DNA of 64,000 nucleotides from a virus (IMGVR_UViG_3300031867_000033:344-64343), one strand, 5' to 3'; counted from the stretch's first letter, positions 1-9,880 are shown. Numbers and translations are program-made. The notes: a model not told the origin generated them from the letters alone.

Positions 1-685
1 TTTCTCCTATTGGATAGGAGTTATTGATTTCATTTCTATTAAAAGTCGCAATATACTCAAAGCCTTTAGAAGTTAATAGGTAATAGTTAATTTCCTTTCT
101 TTTATTATACTTATTATTATAATACTTAATTAGTATTTCATTTAAATACCATTTAAGTCCTATTTCTAGGGGTATTTTATAAAGTTCTAATTCTCTATAT
201 CTCTCCCAATATCCTTCTTGAAATTCTTTTAATACTTCTTTTAAATCTTCATCTGTAATTTCAAACTTATCTTCTTTTAATTCTTCTTCTACTTGATTGA
301 AATTATAGGCTTCTCGTATATCATGGTGAACTTTATCGTGACTTGTTATTGGAATTGACTTAGCCCCGTTATTTTCAATTTTATAATCGTCTCTATGCTT
401 TGTTGAAGAACTCCTATTATTTGAATTTTGACTTATTATATGAGCTTTTGGGGATTGATAGGGTTCTCTTGAACCATAGGGTTTATCATAATTGTTATCA
501 ATTGGTTCTATTTCATATTGAATTGGGTCAAGTTTATATGGGTGGAAATTATTTAGAGCTTCTAAGTATTTTATATAATCAATTTCTTTACTTAAGTTTT
601 GATTTTCTTTTTTAGATAAATAGGTATTTAAATTTTTTGACTAAGTTTCTAAGTATTTGAGAATTGCATTTAAACGATGATCCAT
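1..685 (-). CDS. hypothetical protein; start ATG at 683-685 after GGAGGT; contains 1 in-frame TAG; 3' end runs off window start
   Basis: RBS GGAGGTATGTCAA before ATG; >225 codons open to position 1 if TAG is read as sense; not in ORF track because split by TAG. Confidence 0.45.
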
Positions 686-828
686 TTGACATACCTCCTA
701 TTATTATAATTATTATTATAATTATATAGATAATTATATATAATTATTTTCCTATTTTATTTTCCGCTTTAAATCTAAACAAAATCTTTTTCAAATTTTG
801 CTCATTCAATATTATTAGCTTCTTTCAT

Positions 829-1158
829 CTACTCTGCGCCGCCCTCCCAAAATAAGTATCCATGATTACCTTTCTGCAAATCATATTCTTGTAAATACCC
901 CTTTGTAATTAATTCATTTACTGCATCGCTATAAGTATTTCGAGACATATTACAAAAGTCTTTTACATCTGCGTTACTTAATGCAAACTCATAATGATCT
1001 TTATTGCCGCAAATATATAACCATAATTTAAAAGCATTAGGACGTAGTTCATTCATTGCTTTTTTTATAGACTATTTATTAATCAGCATAAAAGAGGTCT
1101 TCTATTGAGGCTACCGACACACGTGAATAGCTTTCTATACTCCAAATAGTTTATACAT
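829..1158 (-). CDS. winged-helix DNA-binding protein (replisome-organizer / Rep-N-like HTH family); N-terminal 34 codons contain 4 TAG
   Basis: Track ORF 829..1056 extends upstream in frame to ATG at 1156-1158 preceded by GGAGGTGATGAA; HTH-like segment NAFKLWLYICGN...TYSDAVNELITKGYL shared with 22651..23130 and 57568..58413. Confidence 0.5.
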
Positions 1159-1168
1159 TTCATCACCT

Positions 1169-1909
1169 CCATTAAAGCTCCATTAATTGACCCTCACAAA
1201 AATTTAATTTATCAATCATTCTTTGAGATAATGCACCATTATTCTTTTCTGCTGATATATCACTTATATAATCCTCATTCTCAGGTAAATCATTAACTTT
1301 CTATAAATGATAAACAGTATAATTACCTAGTTGAGAATCATAAGCCGTATGATATTTAAGCTCAATAAAACCCCATGCCGCAAGTAATGCTAAATAAATT
1401 CTAATATTATCATACATTTCAGAAGTTGAATCACTATGACCTAATAGTATAATCATCTCTCTTTTTGTAAAACATCTATCTTCAGGATTTTCTGCTAACT
1501 TATCTATTCTTTTTAATATTAAATATGTTCTTAATAAATCTATATTTCCTTCTTTCTTTTTTCCAGAAGAATATTCTATAAGATTAGATAAAACATCTTT
1601 TTTAACGTCTATGGGTGTTCTGGAATATAAAATAAAATGCTCACCATCATCTCTAACTAAATGATGTTCATGTAATCTTTGAATAGCATTATAAAAAGTC
1701 TATGTGCTTTTTACCCCTAAAAACCTACAGCAAGCAGAAATATTAAAATCTTTTTTATATACATACCTATGGTCTTCTATTTTCTAAGCGTTAAATTTAG
1801 AAACAGAAAGAAGATAATAATAAATCTTCCAATGTTTTGAAGTTATTCCTTTATCCTTTTTAGGCGATTCCTTATCTGATGTCTAAACGTAAATTGAATC
1901 TTTTGGCAT
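1169..1909 (-). CDS. iteron-adjacent winged-helix (Rep-like) protein, 246 aa, 4 in-frame TAG
   Basis: RBS AAAGGAGGTGGCGAC-ATG at 1907-1909; 247 codons with no TAA/TGA; stop TAA 1169-1171 overlaps RBS of next gene; missing from track because of TAGs. Confidence 0.55.
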
Positions 1910-1961
1910 GTCGCCACCTCCTTTGTTATTTTCTATATTATAAGTAGAATGATAATAAAAA

Positions 1962-2096
1962 CTATCTAAAAAAAATCATAAATTAGTATCCCTATCTAAA
2001 AATTGATAAACCCTATCTAAAAATTGATAAGGAAATGTCTAAAAATTGATAAAGAACTATCTAAAATTGATAATAGACTATCTAAAAATTGATAAT
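1962..2096. repeat. iteron-like direct repeats, 5-6 x TATCTAAAAATTGATAA at 21-22 bp period
   Basis: Units at ~1963 (degenerate), 1993, 2014, 2037, 2058, 2080; immediately upstream of Rep-like gene start at 1909. Confidence 0.6.
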
Positions 2097-2102
2097 ATTT
2101 AT

Positions 2103-2400
2103 CTTACTCTTTTCCGAAAGAGTAAGCAGAAAAGGCTTCCGCAAAATGCGCGGAAGCGGGCATTAGGCGCTACGCGCCCATCAAGTCTATATAATCCCTA
2201 TACTAGCTCGGCCTCCGGCCTCGCAATCAAAAGGTCTTCACTAAGTAATCTTTTTCTTCCTACAATGCGCCGCCCTATCATAATTTACTCTTCCAAAAAC
2301 TAACCTCTATCCTCCTTGGACGCCGGCGCATCATAAGAAAAAAGGTTAGACCTTTTAGTCTAACCCTACCTTGCGCCGCCATATCATAGGTCTTCTTCTG
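2103..2400. repeat. GC-rich composite hairpin segment (multiple stems incl. GGCGCTACGCGCC) plus three GCGCCG-core palindromic elements
   Basis: Hairpins cttactcttt/aaagagtaag, gcttccgc/gcggaagc, ggcgc-tac-gcgcc, ggttagac/gtctaacc; shares motifs with 58690-58950. Confidence 0.5.
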
Positions 2401-2644
2401 GCGGCTTAATTTGTTCAATTTTAGATTTACTATGAGTTTTCTCTTCTACCTTATCTATTGCGTCGAAGAAACAAAGAATTAAAATTGTGATTAAAATACT
2501 TAAAATCCCTATTGGTACTCCCCAATAGATAAAACAAAAAGGAATTATAAAGATTGCTATAGAGAGATAGACAGATAGTAATATTAAGAAGATAAAGTAA
2601 AGAGTTTTAAGAAAATTTTTTAATGTTTCTTTAAGGATTTCCAT
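2384..2644 (-). CDS. small membrane protein (2 predicted TM helices)
   Basis: ORF track; RBS AAAGGAGGC before ATG; hydrophobic stretches. Confidence 0.55.
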   Translation of the reverse strand: MEILKETLKNFLKTLYFIFLILLSVYLSIAIFIIPFCFIYWGVPIGILSILITILILCFFDAIDKVEEKTHSKSKIEQIKPPEEDL

Positions 2645-2668
2645 TAAAGCCTCCTTTGATTTCTACTG

Positions 2669-2860
2669 TCAATTACTAAGCCTTATCTGGTTTCTACTGT
2701 CAATTTCTATTAGTTTTTCTTTACATTTATCGTTATAGACTTGAATGCAATAGTTGTCATTGAGTTTTATATGAGTATCTATAAGTGATTGTAATGCTCC
2801 GATTGATTTACAAGTACCTAAGAACTTATATCCATTATACATATCTATTAAGTAAAACAT
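2669..2860 (-). CDS. hypothetical small protein
   Basis: ORF track; weak RBS. Confidence 0.35.
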   Translation of the reverse strand: MFYLIDMYNGYKFLGTCKSIGALQSLIDTHIKLNDNYCIQVYNDKCKEKLIEIDSRNQIRLSN

Positions 2861-2898
2861 TTATATTTCCCCCCTATAATGCGCCAGCGTATCAAATT

Positions 2899-3108
2899 TT
2901 AATCCTTTTCAAAATAATTTTTAAGTTCCTTATAAAGTTGTTCTGCATCAACCCAAGTAGAATTATACCCACCTTCATTATAAGCAACTACACATAACTT
3001 TCCTTCATATGTACCCAATTCAACTTCCATTCCTTCACCATATTCCTTAACATTTAAAATAATCTTTACCAAATTAAATCTTCCTCCTATAATGCGCCGG
3101 CGCAGCAT
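2899..3108 (-). CDS. hypothetical small protein; true start probably internal (TTG/ATG after AGGAGG at ~3050-3065), N-terminus of track ORF reads through a GC palindrome
   Basis: ORF track; palindrome GCGCCGGCGCATTATAGGAGG directly abuts the RBS. Confidence 0.3.
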   Translation of the reverse strand: MLRRRIIGGRFNLVKIILNVKEYGEGMEVELGTYEGKLCVVAYNEGGYNSTWVDAEQLYKELKNYFEKD

Positions 3109-3177
3109 TAGTATTTGTTTATACCAAGCCAGCGGAATGTAATCATTTGATAGTTTTATTCCTTATACTTTCCTTTC

Positions 3178-4080
3178 TTATTCTACATTATAAGTTCCTA
3201 AGATAAATGCTCTTTTACAACGAATTTTTCCTTTTTGAACCGTAATTATATCTTCAAGTTTTATCTTTGCTATTAAGAACGTAGAAGATTCTATACGCTC
3301 ATAAGTGTTCCAATAGTTTGGATTACTAAAATGTAATCCACTTGCACAAGAAGCAGAAGAAGTATCATAATCAGTAACCTCTGCCCACTCACCAACTTTG
3401 TAAATAAAAGAATCATCATAAAAACTTGATAAATTCTTATTTACTTGTTTATAAGCAATAACTTCTCCATTAATAGGAAGCAAACCAACTTGTAATCTTA
3501 TACTTTCAGTTAAATTCTTTGAGAGGTCACTAATGCAACATCCATCTTGAATACAATGATCATCTTTTAATATCGCTTTACCCTTTATAAGAGCATTACC
3601 CCATACTATAGCATTATCACATATATGAGCATCACCGTATACCGCAGCATCTCCACTTATGTTAGCATTACCATATATCTTAGCATTACCGCTTATGCTA
3701 GCATTACCATATACATGAGCATTATCATATATGCAAGTATTGCCGCTTATACCAGCCTTACCATATACATGAGCATTACCATATATACGAGCATTATCAT
3801 ATATGCAAGTATTACCACTTACATAAGCATTATCATATACACAAGCATTATCATATACACGAGCATTATCATATATACGAGCATTACCGCTTACATAAGC
3901 ATTATCATATATCCAACAATTACCTTCTGTACTCAAATTCTTTTCCTTTTCTATAAATCCTCCTAAATCGCCTTCTTTTACATAAGAAAAACTTTTTATA
4001 GCTTTGATTCTAAATGCAGTTGCACCATTCGGAAGCGTAATACATTCATCTGTAATAATATATTTATCGTTCATAAACAA
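3178..4080 (-). CDS. hexapeptide-repeat (left-handed beta-helix type) protein with distinct C-terminal domain
   Basis: About 20 consecutive 6-residue repeats [IV]-[YS]-[GD]-N-[AT]-x (IYDNAR, VYGNAH, ISGNTC ...) seen directly in translation. Confidence 0.7.
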   Translation of the reverse strand: MFMNDKYIITDECITLPNGATAFRIKAIKSFSYVKEGDLGGFIEKEKNLSTEGNCWIYDNAYVSGNARIYDNARVYDNACVYDNAYVSGNTCIYDNARIYGNAHVYGKAGISGNTCIYDNAHVYGNASISGNAKIYGNANISGDAAVYGDAHICDNAIVWGNALIKGKAILKDDHCIQDGCCISDLSKNLTESIRLQVGLLPINGEVIAYKQVNKNLSSFYDDSFIYKVGEWAEVTDYDTSSASCASGLHFSNPNYWNTYERIESSTFLIAKIKLEDIITVQKGKIRCKRAFILGTYNVE

Positions 4081-4110
4081 TACCTCTCTTTTTGATTTTT
4101 ATTTTCTTTG

Positions 4111-4398
4111 TTACATCTCAGAGAATACTTCGTCTTTATATTCTTCACTAAGAGGATTTACTTCAACCCATTCAAAGTATAGAGAACTTATTAAATCTTC
4201 TAATACATTTTTATACTCTTCAGGGTCATCATAATCTTCTTCGTTAAGTTGTCCTTCTATGTCAAAGTAATAATCATCAAGCCTACCATAAAGATAATTT
4301 TCAATATCTTTAATACAGTAATTATCGGGAACAATAAAATAATCCTCTTCTCGAAAACCCGCCAGCTCACAATCATAAATTACTCTAATATATTTCAT
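4111..4398 (-). CDS. hypothetical acidic protein
   Basis: ORF track; conserved promoter-like element and RBS upstream. Confidence 0.5.
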   Translation of the reverse strand: MKYIRVIYDCELAGFREEDYFIVPDNYCIKDIENYLYGRLDDYYFDIEGQLNEEDYDDPEEYKNVLEDLISSLYFEWVEVNPLSEEYKDEVFSEM

Positions 4399-4400
4399 TA

Positions 4401-4465
4401 AATTTTACCTCTTTTCTTTTTTTTTCTATAATAATTATAACATAAATTTTTTAAAAATACAAATT
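4401..4465 (-). promoter_or_regulatory. conserved ~50 bp promoter-like element (coding-strand form AAAAATATTTGTATTTTTTAAAAATTTTTGATATAATTATTATAGAAAA)
   Basis: One of >=28 near-identical copies placed 20-40 nt before an RBS+ATG on the minus strand. Confidence 0.55.
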
Positions 4466-4469
4466 TTTT

Positions 4470-4680
4470 ACAATATAATTGTGCCGCCCTACCATAATTT
4501 TCCTTTCTCAAATCTAGCCTCTGTCTTCCTTGAACGCCGGCGCATTGTAGGCTTAAAAATAAAAGAAAGGTTAAGACTTAGCTTAACCTTTAATATAAAA
4601 CCTTATTATACTTACAACTTCTTTCCTACAATGCGCCGGCGCAATAAACCTTATTTTGCTTCTTCTTTCTCAATAATTTT
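4470..4680. repeat. composite GC-rich palindromic element (3 cores + GGTTAAGAC..TTAACC hairpin), homolog of 2271-2400
   Basis: Shared order of motifs with 2271-2400: GCGCCGCCCTAYCATAATTT ... ACGCCGGCGCAT ... AAAGGTTARGAC hairpin. Confidence 0.55.
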
Positions 4681-5010
4681 GAAAAAATCCCCCATATCAA
4701 ACCACTTATCTTCAATTACATTTCCAATTATTTTAATTTGTCCACCCCAGCCTTCAGTTTTAACTCGGCAGTACTTCCCTTTTAAATCCTCCCATTTTTC
4801 AACTCCCACCGTATCCATAATTTTCATCATGGCAACTAATCCTTTACCAGTAGCATTAAATTCCTTTGCACCAAGATAACCATGCCCTATGCAATAGCCA
4901 CCAAATCCACACTCCCAGTCAGCACCTGATAACCAAATCGTAAAGGTTAGACAACCATGATCTGCCATTGAAATAGATACGTTTTTAATTCTTGCATTTT
5001 CAATTGTCAT
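4651..5010 (-). CDS. hypothetical protein
   Basis: ORF track; ATG abuts TAA of upstream gene. Confidence 0.5.
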   Translation of the reverse strand: MTIENARIKNVSISMADHGCLTFTIWLSGADWECGFGGYCIGHGYLGAKEFNATGKGLVAMMKIMDTVGVEKWEDLKGKYCRVKTEGWGGQIKIIGNVIEDKWFDMGDFFKIIEKEEAK

Positions 5011-5271
5011 TTAGTCTTCCTCCTCAACCCATTTAAGGACCTTAACCTCTTTAAGTTTAACTTCTTTAAGAACTTGAGGCTCCCATTCATCACCACACAT
5101 ATAGTTATTCCAAACGTTTCCCATGTAGTGCTTGTCTCTAAAGTGAAAAATTACTTCTTGTAAATGCCAACCATGACGACCTACTTCTATTATCTCACCT
5201 TCTTCGTAGTCTCCTATGTCCATAAGACAATTATATATATCAGAAGTAATTTCTTCCTTATTTTCAATCAT
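5011..5271 (-). CDS. hypothetical protein
   Basis: ORF track; TAA stop verified at 5011-5013. Confidence 0.5.
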   Translation of the reverse strand: MIENKEEITSDIYNCLMDIGDYEEGEIIEVGRHGWHLQEVIFHFRDKHYMGNVWNNYMCGDEWEPQVLKEVKLKEVKVLKWVEEED

Positions 5272-5280
5272 TTCATGAAT

Positions 5281-6520
5281 AATATGTGTTATTAACTAAT
5301 TAACATTACTTAATTAGCAATTAACCATGTTATGGTTTTTAAAGAGTGCCACAAACACTCTTTGCAGCTATATTTATAGCTGCATTTATATCTCTATCTA
5401 TTTCAAATCCACAAGAACATTTAAATATTCTATCTTTAAGAGTTAATTCAATTCTGTTTCCACAACAACTACAAGTCTAAGAAGTATAAGCAGGATTTAC
5501 TTCATACAAGTCTGTTCCAAACTTTTTACACTTCCATTTTAAAGTGTCAGTAAATCTACTTAATGGACTTATTTGAATTAATCTTCGTCTGTTTTTATTA
5601 GACATTTTAATTTTAGCATTAGTCAAATTTTCTATTGCAACATTATTATATCTACACAACTTTGTAGTTGTTTGTTTAATAAAATCTTTCTTTAAATTCT
5701 TAAATCTTTCATAAGCTAATTTTACTTTTTCATTTAGTTTATTATAGTTATTTGAGTTTTTAATCTTTTTATCTCTTAAAGATTTCAATTTATTTATTCT
5801 ATAAAATTCTCTTATAATACTTTTAGGATAGTTAATAAACTTTCCTTCAGAGCTTGTCATAAAATTCTTTATACCCCAATCAAGACCTATAGTAGTTGAA
5901 CTATTCTACTTAATAGGTTCAGGAGCATCATAGCTACCCGTAATATACCATTTTCCCAATTCATATTTGAATCTTGGCTTTTTAATTTCTGATATATTAA
6001 ACTTAGTTATATATTTCCTATCAACTACTATTTGCGATTTACCTTTAACACTAAAACTCTAAGCAGCGGGTAATTTTACTTTAAAATTATTAAATTTTAA
6101 CGTTTGTGAAGGTAAATAGAATGATTGTTTATTTGGATTATATTTATGAAATTTAGGCTTTCTTCCAATCTTTTTATAAACTCTTTGAACAGTATTAGCA
6201 TAATTCAAAAGAACTCCTTTAACAATTCTATTATGTAATGGAATTTCTGTTTCTCCGAAATCATTAAGTAAGTCTTTTTCTTTATAACCAATAATTCCAA
6301 AAGAACTAACCTTTGGTAATTTTTCCTAAAATTTTTCAACAAGAAAATTTCGCATTATATGAGAGTACTTACAATAAATAAATAAAATTTCTTCTTGTTC
6401 TTTAGTTGGATAAATTCTAAATTTACAGCCTTTAGTTAACATGATTTCACCTCCTATAAATATAAATAGTAAATTTGTTTTTATATTTATATAATATCAT
6501 AAGTTTGATTTAAAATCAAA
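5281..6520 (-). mobile_element. IS200/IS605-family TnpB-only element, copy 1 (no TnpA seen)
   Basis: Conserved left end ...TATAAATATAARTAGTAAATTT...ATATCATAA and right end AACCATGYTATGGT...TGTTATTAA shared with copies at 56170-57460 and 60121-61345. Confidence 0.65.
5339..6442 (-). CDS. tnpB: TnpB (OrfB, RuvC-like + Zn-finger) ~367 aa, continuous only if 4 in-frame TAG are read as Gln
   Basis: Translation matches copy 2 along full length (MLTKGCKFRIYPTKEQE...CSCCGN...DRDINAAINIAAKSVCGTL); three of the four TAGs are aligned to Q in copy 2 or 3 (below), and a fourth such pair is a TAG in copy 3 opposite Q in copy 1. Confidence 0.8.
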
Positions 6521-6573
6521 TCTTTGATATTGAAGGCTAAAATCTATAATGCGCCGGCGCATCATAAGTTTTT

Positions 6574-6750
6574 AATTAATTCCTTCTTCACCATCTTCTA
6601 CATCAATTATATCAATCTCACAGTCTCCATCGTTTTCATTGTAAAATTTTTCTGCCGCATTTATAGCTTCTTTATAAGTTTTCACTTCTGCAATTAAATA
6701 AGAACCTCTAGAATAATCAACAACTCTATACATCGAAACCTCCAAAAATC
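6574..6750 (-). CDS. small acidic protein (58 aa), paralog of 45761..45913
   Basis: RBS GGAGGTTTCG-ATG; MYRVVDY...DGDCEIDIIDVEDG resembles MYKVYDYYEDEF...DGECDVRIFNCEEVEG. Confidence 0.4.
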
Positions 6751-6851
6751 AATTGATTTAATTTCCTCTGTATTAGTGCACTAAAGGTTAATAAAATTAA
6801 CGCCGCAGTATTACTACCACGGCGCATTATTTTATTCGCCGCTATTCAAGT

Positions 6852-7256
6852 TTAGTTAACTCGTCTATACTCCTTAGCAGCATTCTTCTTAGTCTCTACC
6901 TCCTCAATTCTCTCATCTGCAACCATCAGTCTCAGCATTGCGGATGCCTTCTGAGTGCTGATGTCAAAGGTCTCAGCTATTACCTTAGCAGTATAAATAG
7001 TTCCGACCTCCATTCCATCAAATATCGTATTCTTCAGAGCCTCATTCTCAGGATTGGTCTTAGCGGACTTTCTCTCTCTGCCCTTAGCAGCCTCATTCTT
7101 CTTGTTAATCTTCTCAATAGAAGTCTTAGCGAACTCTACCAGCTCATCAATCAGAACGCCATCAGCATAAGCAGGATAAGAAGTCTCAGTTTCCTTACCA
7201 GCATTCAGAACTACAGTACCAGTTACGATTGCATTAAAGAACTCACGGTTAGTCAT
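6852..7256 (-). CDS. hypothetical protein (locally higher GC)
   Basis: ORF track. Confidence 0.55.
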   Translation of the reverse strand: MTNREFFNAIVTGTVVLNAGKETETSYPAYADGVLIDELVEFAKTSIEKINKKNEAAKGRERKSAKTNPENEALKNTIFDGMEVGTIYTAKVIAETFDISTQKASAMLRLMVADERIEEVETKKNAAKEYRRVN

Positions 7257-7404
7257 AAATCATTTCTCCTTTTTATTTGACTTAAAAATTTATTGATAAC
7301 TAATTTCTTAGGTCTGATTTAAGGTTCAGACCTTTAGAAAAGAAACCTCTCTTTTTTTTTATTACTTTTTTAAGTAATTTTTTAAATTATGCTTTATTCA
7401 GTTT

Positions 7405-7465
7405 TATTTCTCATTTTCTATATATATTATACCAAAATTTTTTCATTTTGGCAAATATTTTTATG
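7405..7465 (-). promoter_or_regulatory. conserved promoter-like element copy
   Basis: TTTCTATATATATTATACCAAAATTTTTTCATTTTGGCAAATATTTTTAT on plus strand. Confidence 0.5.
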
Positions 7466-7511
7466 TTTAATTTTTCTTTAAATTAATTGCGCCACCGTCT
7501 CAATTTTATTT

Positions 7512-7970
7512 TTAAGACCATAAGTTTTTTTCCATTTCTTTTAACTCTTCTAATTCTTTCCTATTAAATCCCTCTCTTTCTAAAATATCATCTTCTAAGA
7601 GAATTAATTCAGAAATAGGAATAAAAGAACCTTGTATTTCAACCCAAACATAAAGCCCCGGATGTGGCACGAGTGAAGAGCAATCATAATCAGGCATATA
7701 TTCTGGAGCATAATGACAAATTGCATTAAAAGCATCCATATCAGGAATAAAAATTACTTCACTTTCCTCAATAGCAACTGCTACTGCATCGTCGTAATTA
7801 GCATCATCGTAATATTTAGGTTGTTTTCCCATGAGAGAAAATTCATTATTAAAATAAACATAGCTATAATATTTTATATTATTATAAAGGTTTTCATGAT
7901 ATTGTGCATCAATTTCTTTATCAAAGAGTTTTCCATCAGAAGTTTCATACATAACTTTCATCTTTATCAT
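7512..7970 (-). CDS. hypothetical protein
   Basis: ORF track. Confidence 0.55.
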   Translation of the reverse strand: MIKMKVMYETSDGKLFDKEIDAQYHENLYNNIKYYSYVYFNNEFSLMGKQPKYYDDANYDDAVAVAIEESEVIFIPDMDAFNAICHYAPEYMPDYDCSSLVPHPGLYVWVEIQGSFIPISELILLEDDILEREGFNRKELEELKEMEKNLWS

Positions 7971-8083
7971 AATATTAGCCCTTTCAAAATAATTATAGTT
8001 TCATATTTAATTTCTCTCTCATTTTCTATATATATTATACCAAAATTTTTTCATTTTGGCAAATATTTTTATTTTAAATTTTC

Positions 8084-8452
8084 TTAAAAAAGATTTGCTT
8101 CAGGAGGAGAGCAAAATACTTTACTATCTTTATCTCCCCAAAATTGGTGTATCCACCAGTCCCCTCTCTCTTCTCCATACCCCTCCATCTCAAACATATA
8201 ATCAGGAAAACTTTTTGCCAACTTCTTCATATGGTCTTCATAATCATACCACTTAAGGTCACCACTTCCATTATTAAAAATTTCAATTATTACATCGCTC
8301 AGCTCTTCAATTGTATCACAAGGATACTCATCATGCATAAAATTAGCGAGAGTCTTAATTATATTAAGAGTAGTTGAATTAGGATTTTCAAAATCTATCT
8401 GATTAAAGTCTTTATTATATACTCTTCCATCATAATAAGTATAGTAACCCAT
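8084..8452 (-). CDS. hypothetical protein
   Basis: ORF track. Confidence 0.5.
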   Translation of the reverse strand: MGYYTYYDGRVYNKDFNQIDFENPNSTTLNIIKTLANFMHDEYPCDTIEELSDVIIEIFNNGSGDLKWYDYEDHMKKLAKSFPDYMFEMEGYGEERGDWWIHQFWGDKDSKVFCSPPEANLF

Positions 8453-8469
8453 ATTTAATCTTCCTTTCT

Positions 8470-8739
8470 TTAAGCATCAACTTCAACTTCTGTAACTTCT
8501 ATATAATCATTGCCTTCGGCATCTAACCAGACTATACTAATAAGTTCTGGTTTATCATTATACGTATCAATTTCTATTTCATTAAGAAAATCTATTATTT
8601 TTTCTTTATTGTCTTTCCTACAGAAAATTTCAGTTCCAATATACTGTCGTATATATCCCTGTGCTTTTTCCATCGTAGAGAAAGCTTTAGATGTAATTCC
8701 CCAGTCTCTTACGTATTCATTAACAACATATATAGTCAT
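8470..8739 (-). CDS. hypothetical protein
   Basis: ORF track. Confidence 0.5.
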   Translation of the reverse strand: MTIYVVNEYVRDWGITSKAFSTMEKAQGYIRQYIGTEIFCRKDNKEKIIDFLNEIEIDTYNDKPELISIVWLDAEGNDYIEVTEVEVDA

Positions 8740-8925
8740 TACTTCTCCTCCTTAACAACTACATCAAAAGCATCATAGTATCTCATGAGCTGAAGTCTAG
8801 CCTCTTCTATATCATTCTTATCAGGAGTAAGAGTTCCAAAGACACTCATAAAGTCCTCTATCTTAACGTCCTCTTCTGCAATAAGTTCAGAATCAATATC
8901 AAAAACCTTAAAATTATAAGTCATA
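8739..8925 (-). CDS. hypothetical protein (start moved to MTYNFKVFD after AAAGAGGTAAAG RBS)
   Basis: ORF track 8739..9005; internal ATG with good RBS. Confidence 0.45.
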
Positions 8926-9291
8926 AACTTTACCTCTTTCTTTAAAATAAATTTCAGTTTATTTTGAAGAAGGTTCTTTCGCTGACAGTTAAACTCGCTA
9001 TTCATTCTGTTACTTCTTCAAAATATCCCTAACGGATTTCGCCGCCGCTTGATTTAGAACAACGCAGTAATGTTCGCGGGAATCTTTCTGAGTCAAGCTC
9101 GCTCCAACTCTCATCACTTTATTTTACATCTTTTTGATGATAAGATGTAGAAAATAAGATTGATTTTTAATTTCTTTCTCATTTTCTATATATATTATAC
9201 CAAAAATTTTTTCATTTTGGCAAATATTTTTATTTTATTGTTTTTCCTATAATGCGCCGCGGTATCATAAAAAGTTTGATGCGCCGGCGTA

Positions 9292-9858
9292 TCAAGATTT
9301 TAAGAGACCTATTTTATTTATCTCATTGTAGATTTCTTTCCAATTATAAACTCTTTTGAAGTCGTAAGTAAAGTTCTCGCCAATAAATCTATTCCAAGGG
9401 TAGTCAAGACAAAGACTAAAATAAGTTCTATCTCCAATTAAATTCTCTACATAATCATCAATTAAAATGTCAAGACGAACAAGTCTTTTATCTTTTATAT
9501 TTATCATATGATTCTTTACAAAATCATATGAAAAGTTTGTATGTCTTGAAATATACTTAATCTTTTTTCGTAGATTCTCTGGCTCAGTACTTGTGCAGAA
9601 ATAAATTGTATGCCCATCATCATATAATTTTTCTACTGTTTCAAACGCGTCTTTAATTGGTTTAACCTTCTGCCACATAGCTTTATTCAGAAAACTTTCT
9701 TTAACTATCCACTGATATTGCGGATTAAGTAGGTTTTCAATGTAATACTCCTTTATATCTTCAATGGTAAAATTAGTTCCTAAACGTTCATTTATATATT
9801 CAAGAACAGCAGCGCTTGTCGTAACAAGTGTATTATCTATATCAATTCCTATAATCAT
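9292..9858 (-). CDS. HAD-superfamily hydrolase, 5'(3')-deoxyribonucleotidase-like
   Basis: N-terminal MIIGIDIDNTLV (DxDxT HAD motif I). Confidence 0.55.
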   Translation of the reverse strand: MIIGIDIDNTLVTTSAAVLEYINERLGTNFTIEDIKEYYIENLLNPQYQWIVKESFLNKAMWQKVKPIKDAFETVEKLYDDGHTIYFCTSTEPENLRKKIKYISRHTNFSYDFVKNHMINIKDKRLVRLDILIDDYVENLIGDRTYFSLCLDYPWNRFIGENFTYDFKRVYNWKEIYNEINKIGLLKS

Positions 9859-9880
9859 TTAACCCCTCCTATTTTTCTCC

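Noticed and set aside
400-615. Plus-strand 71-aa ORF, and other short plus ORFs (2046..2303, 2785..2997, 4004..4234, 4481..4879, 7713..8087, 8056..8256, 8144..8377, 8510..8755, 10278..10676, 10531..10725, 10950..11141, 11562..11762, 13190..13396, 13684..13923, 15306..15515, 22676..22903, 22878..23120, 23864..24148, 24708..25157, 25360..25569, 26058..26240, 31785..32000, 35237..35461, 38254..38466, 40439..40642, 40769..41038, 43844..44080, 44655..44984, 46027..46209, 46893..47186, 48166..48603, 48209..48403, 50518..50700, 51701..51910, 52519..52833, 54055..54288, 55561..55749, 59539..59721, 61819..62031)
   Set aside because: They overlap better-supported minus-strand genes, repeats or RNA genes. 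They lack an RBS and the conserved promoter. Several are simply read-through of palindromic or tRNA-like DNA.
3625-3966. 113-aa plus-strand ORF with SITIY repeats
   Set aside because: It is the mirror image of the hexapeptide repeats of the minus-strand gene 3178..4080, so a spurious antisense ORF.
5477-5860. Reading the TAG-interrupted TnpB copy 1 (and copy 3) as a decayed pseudogene
   Set aside because: The interruptions are exclusively TAG, never TAA or TGA, and never frameshifts. They fall at positions where paralogs encode Gln. The same pattern holds in unrelated genes. Recoding explains it better than decay.
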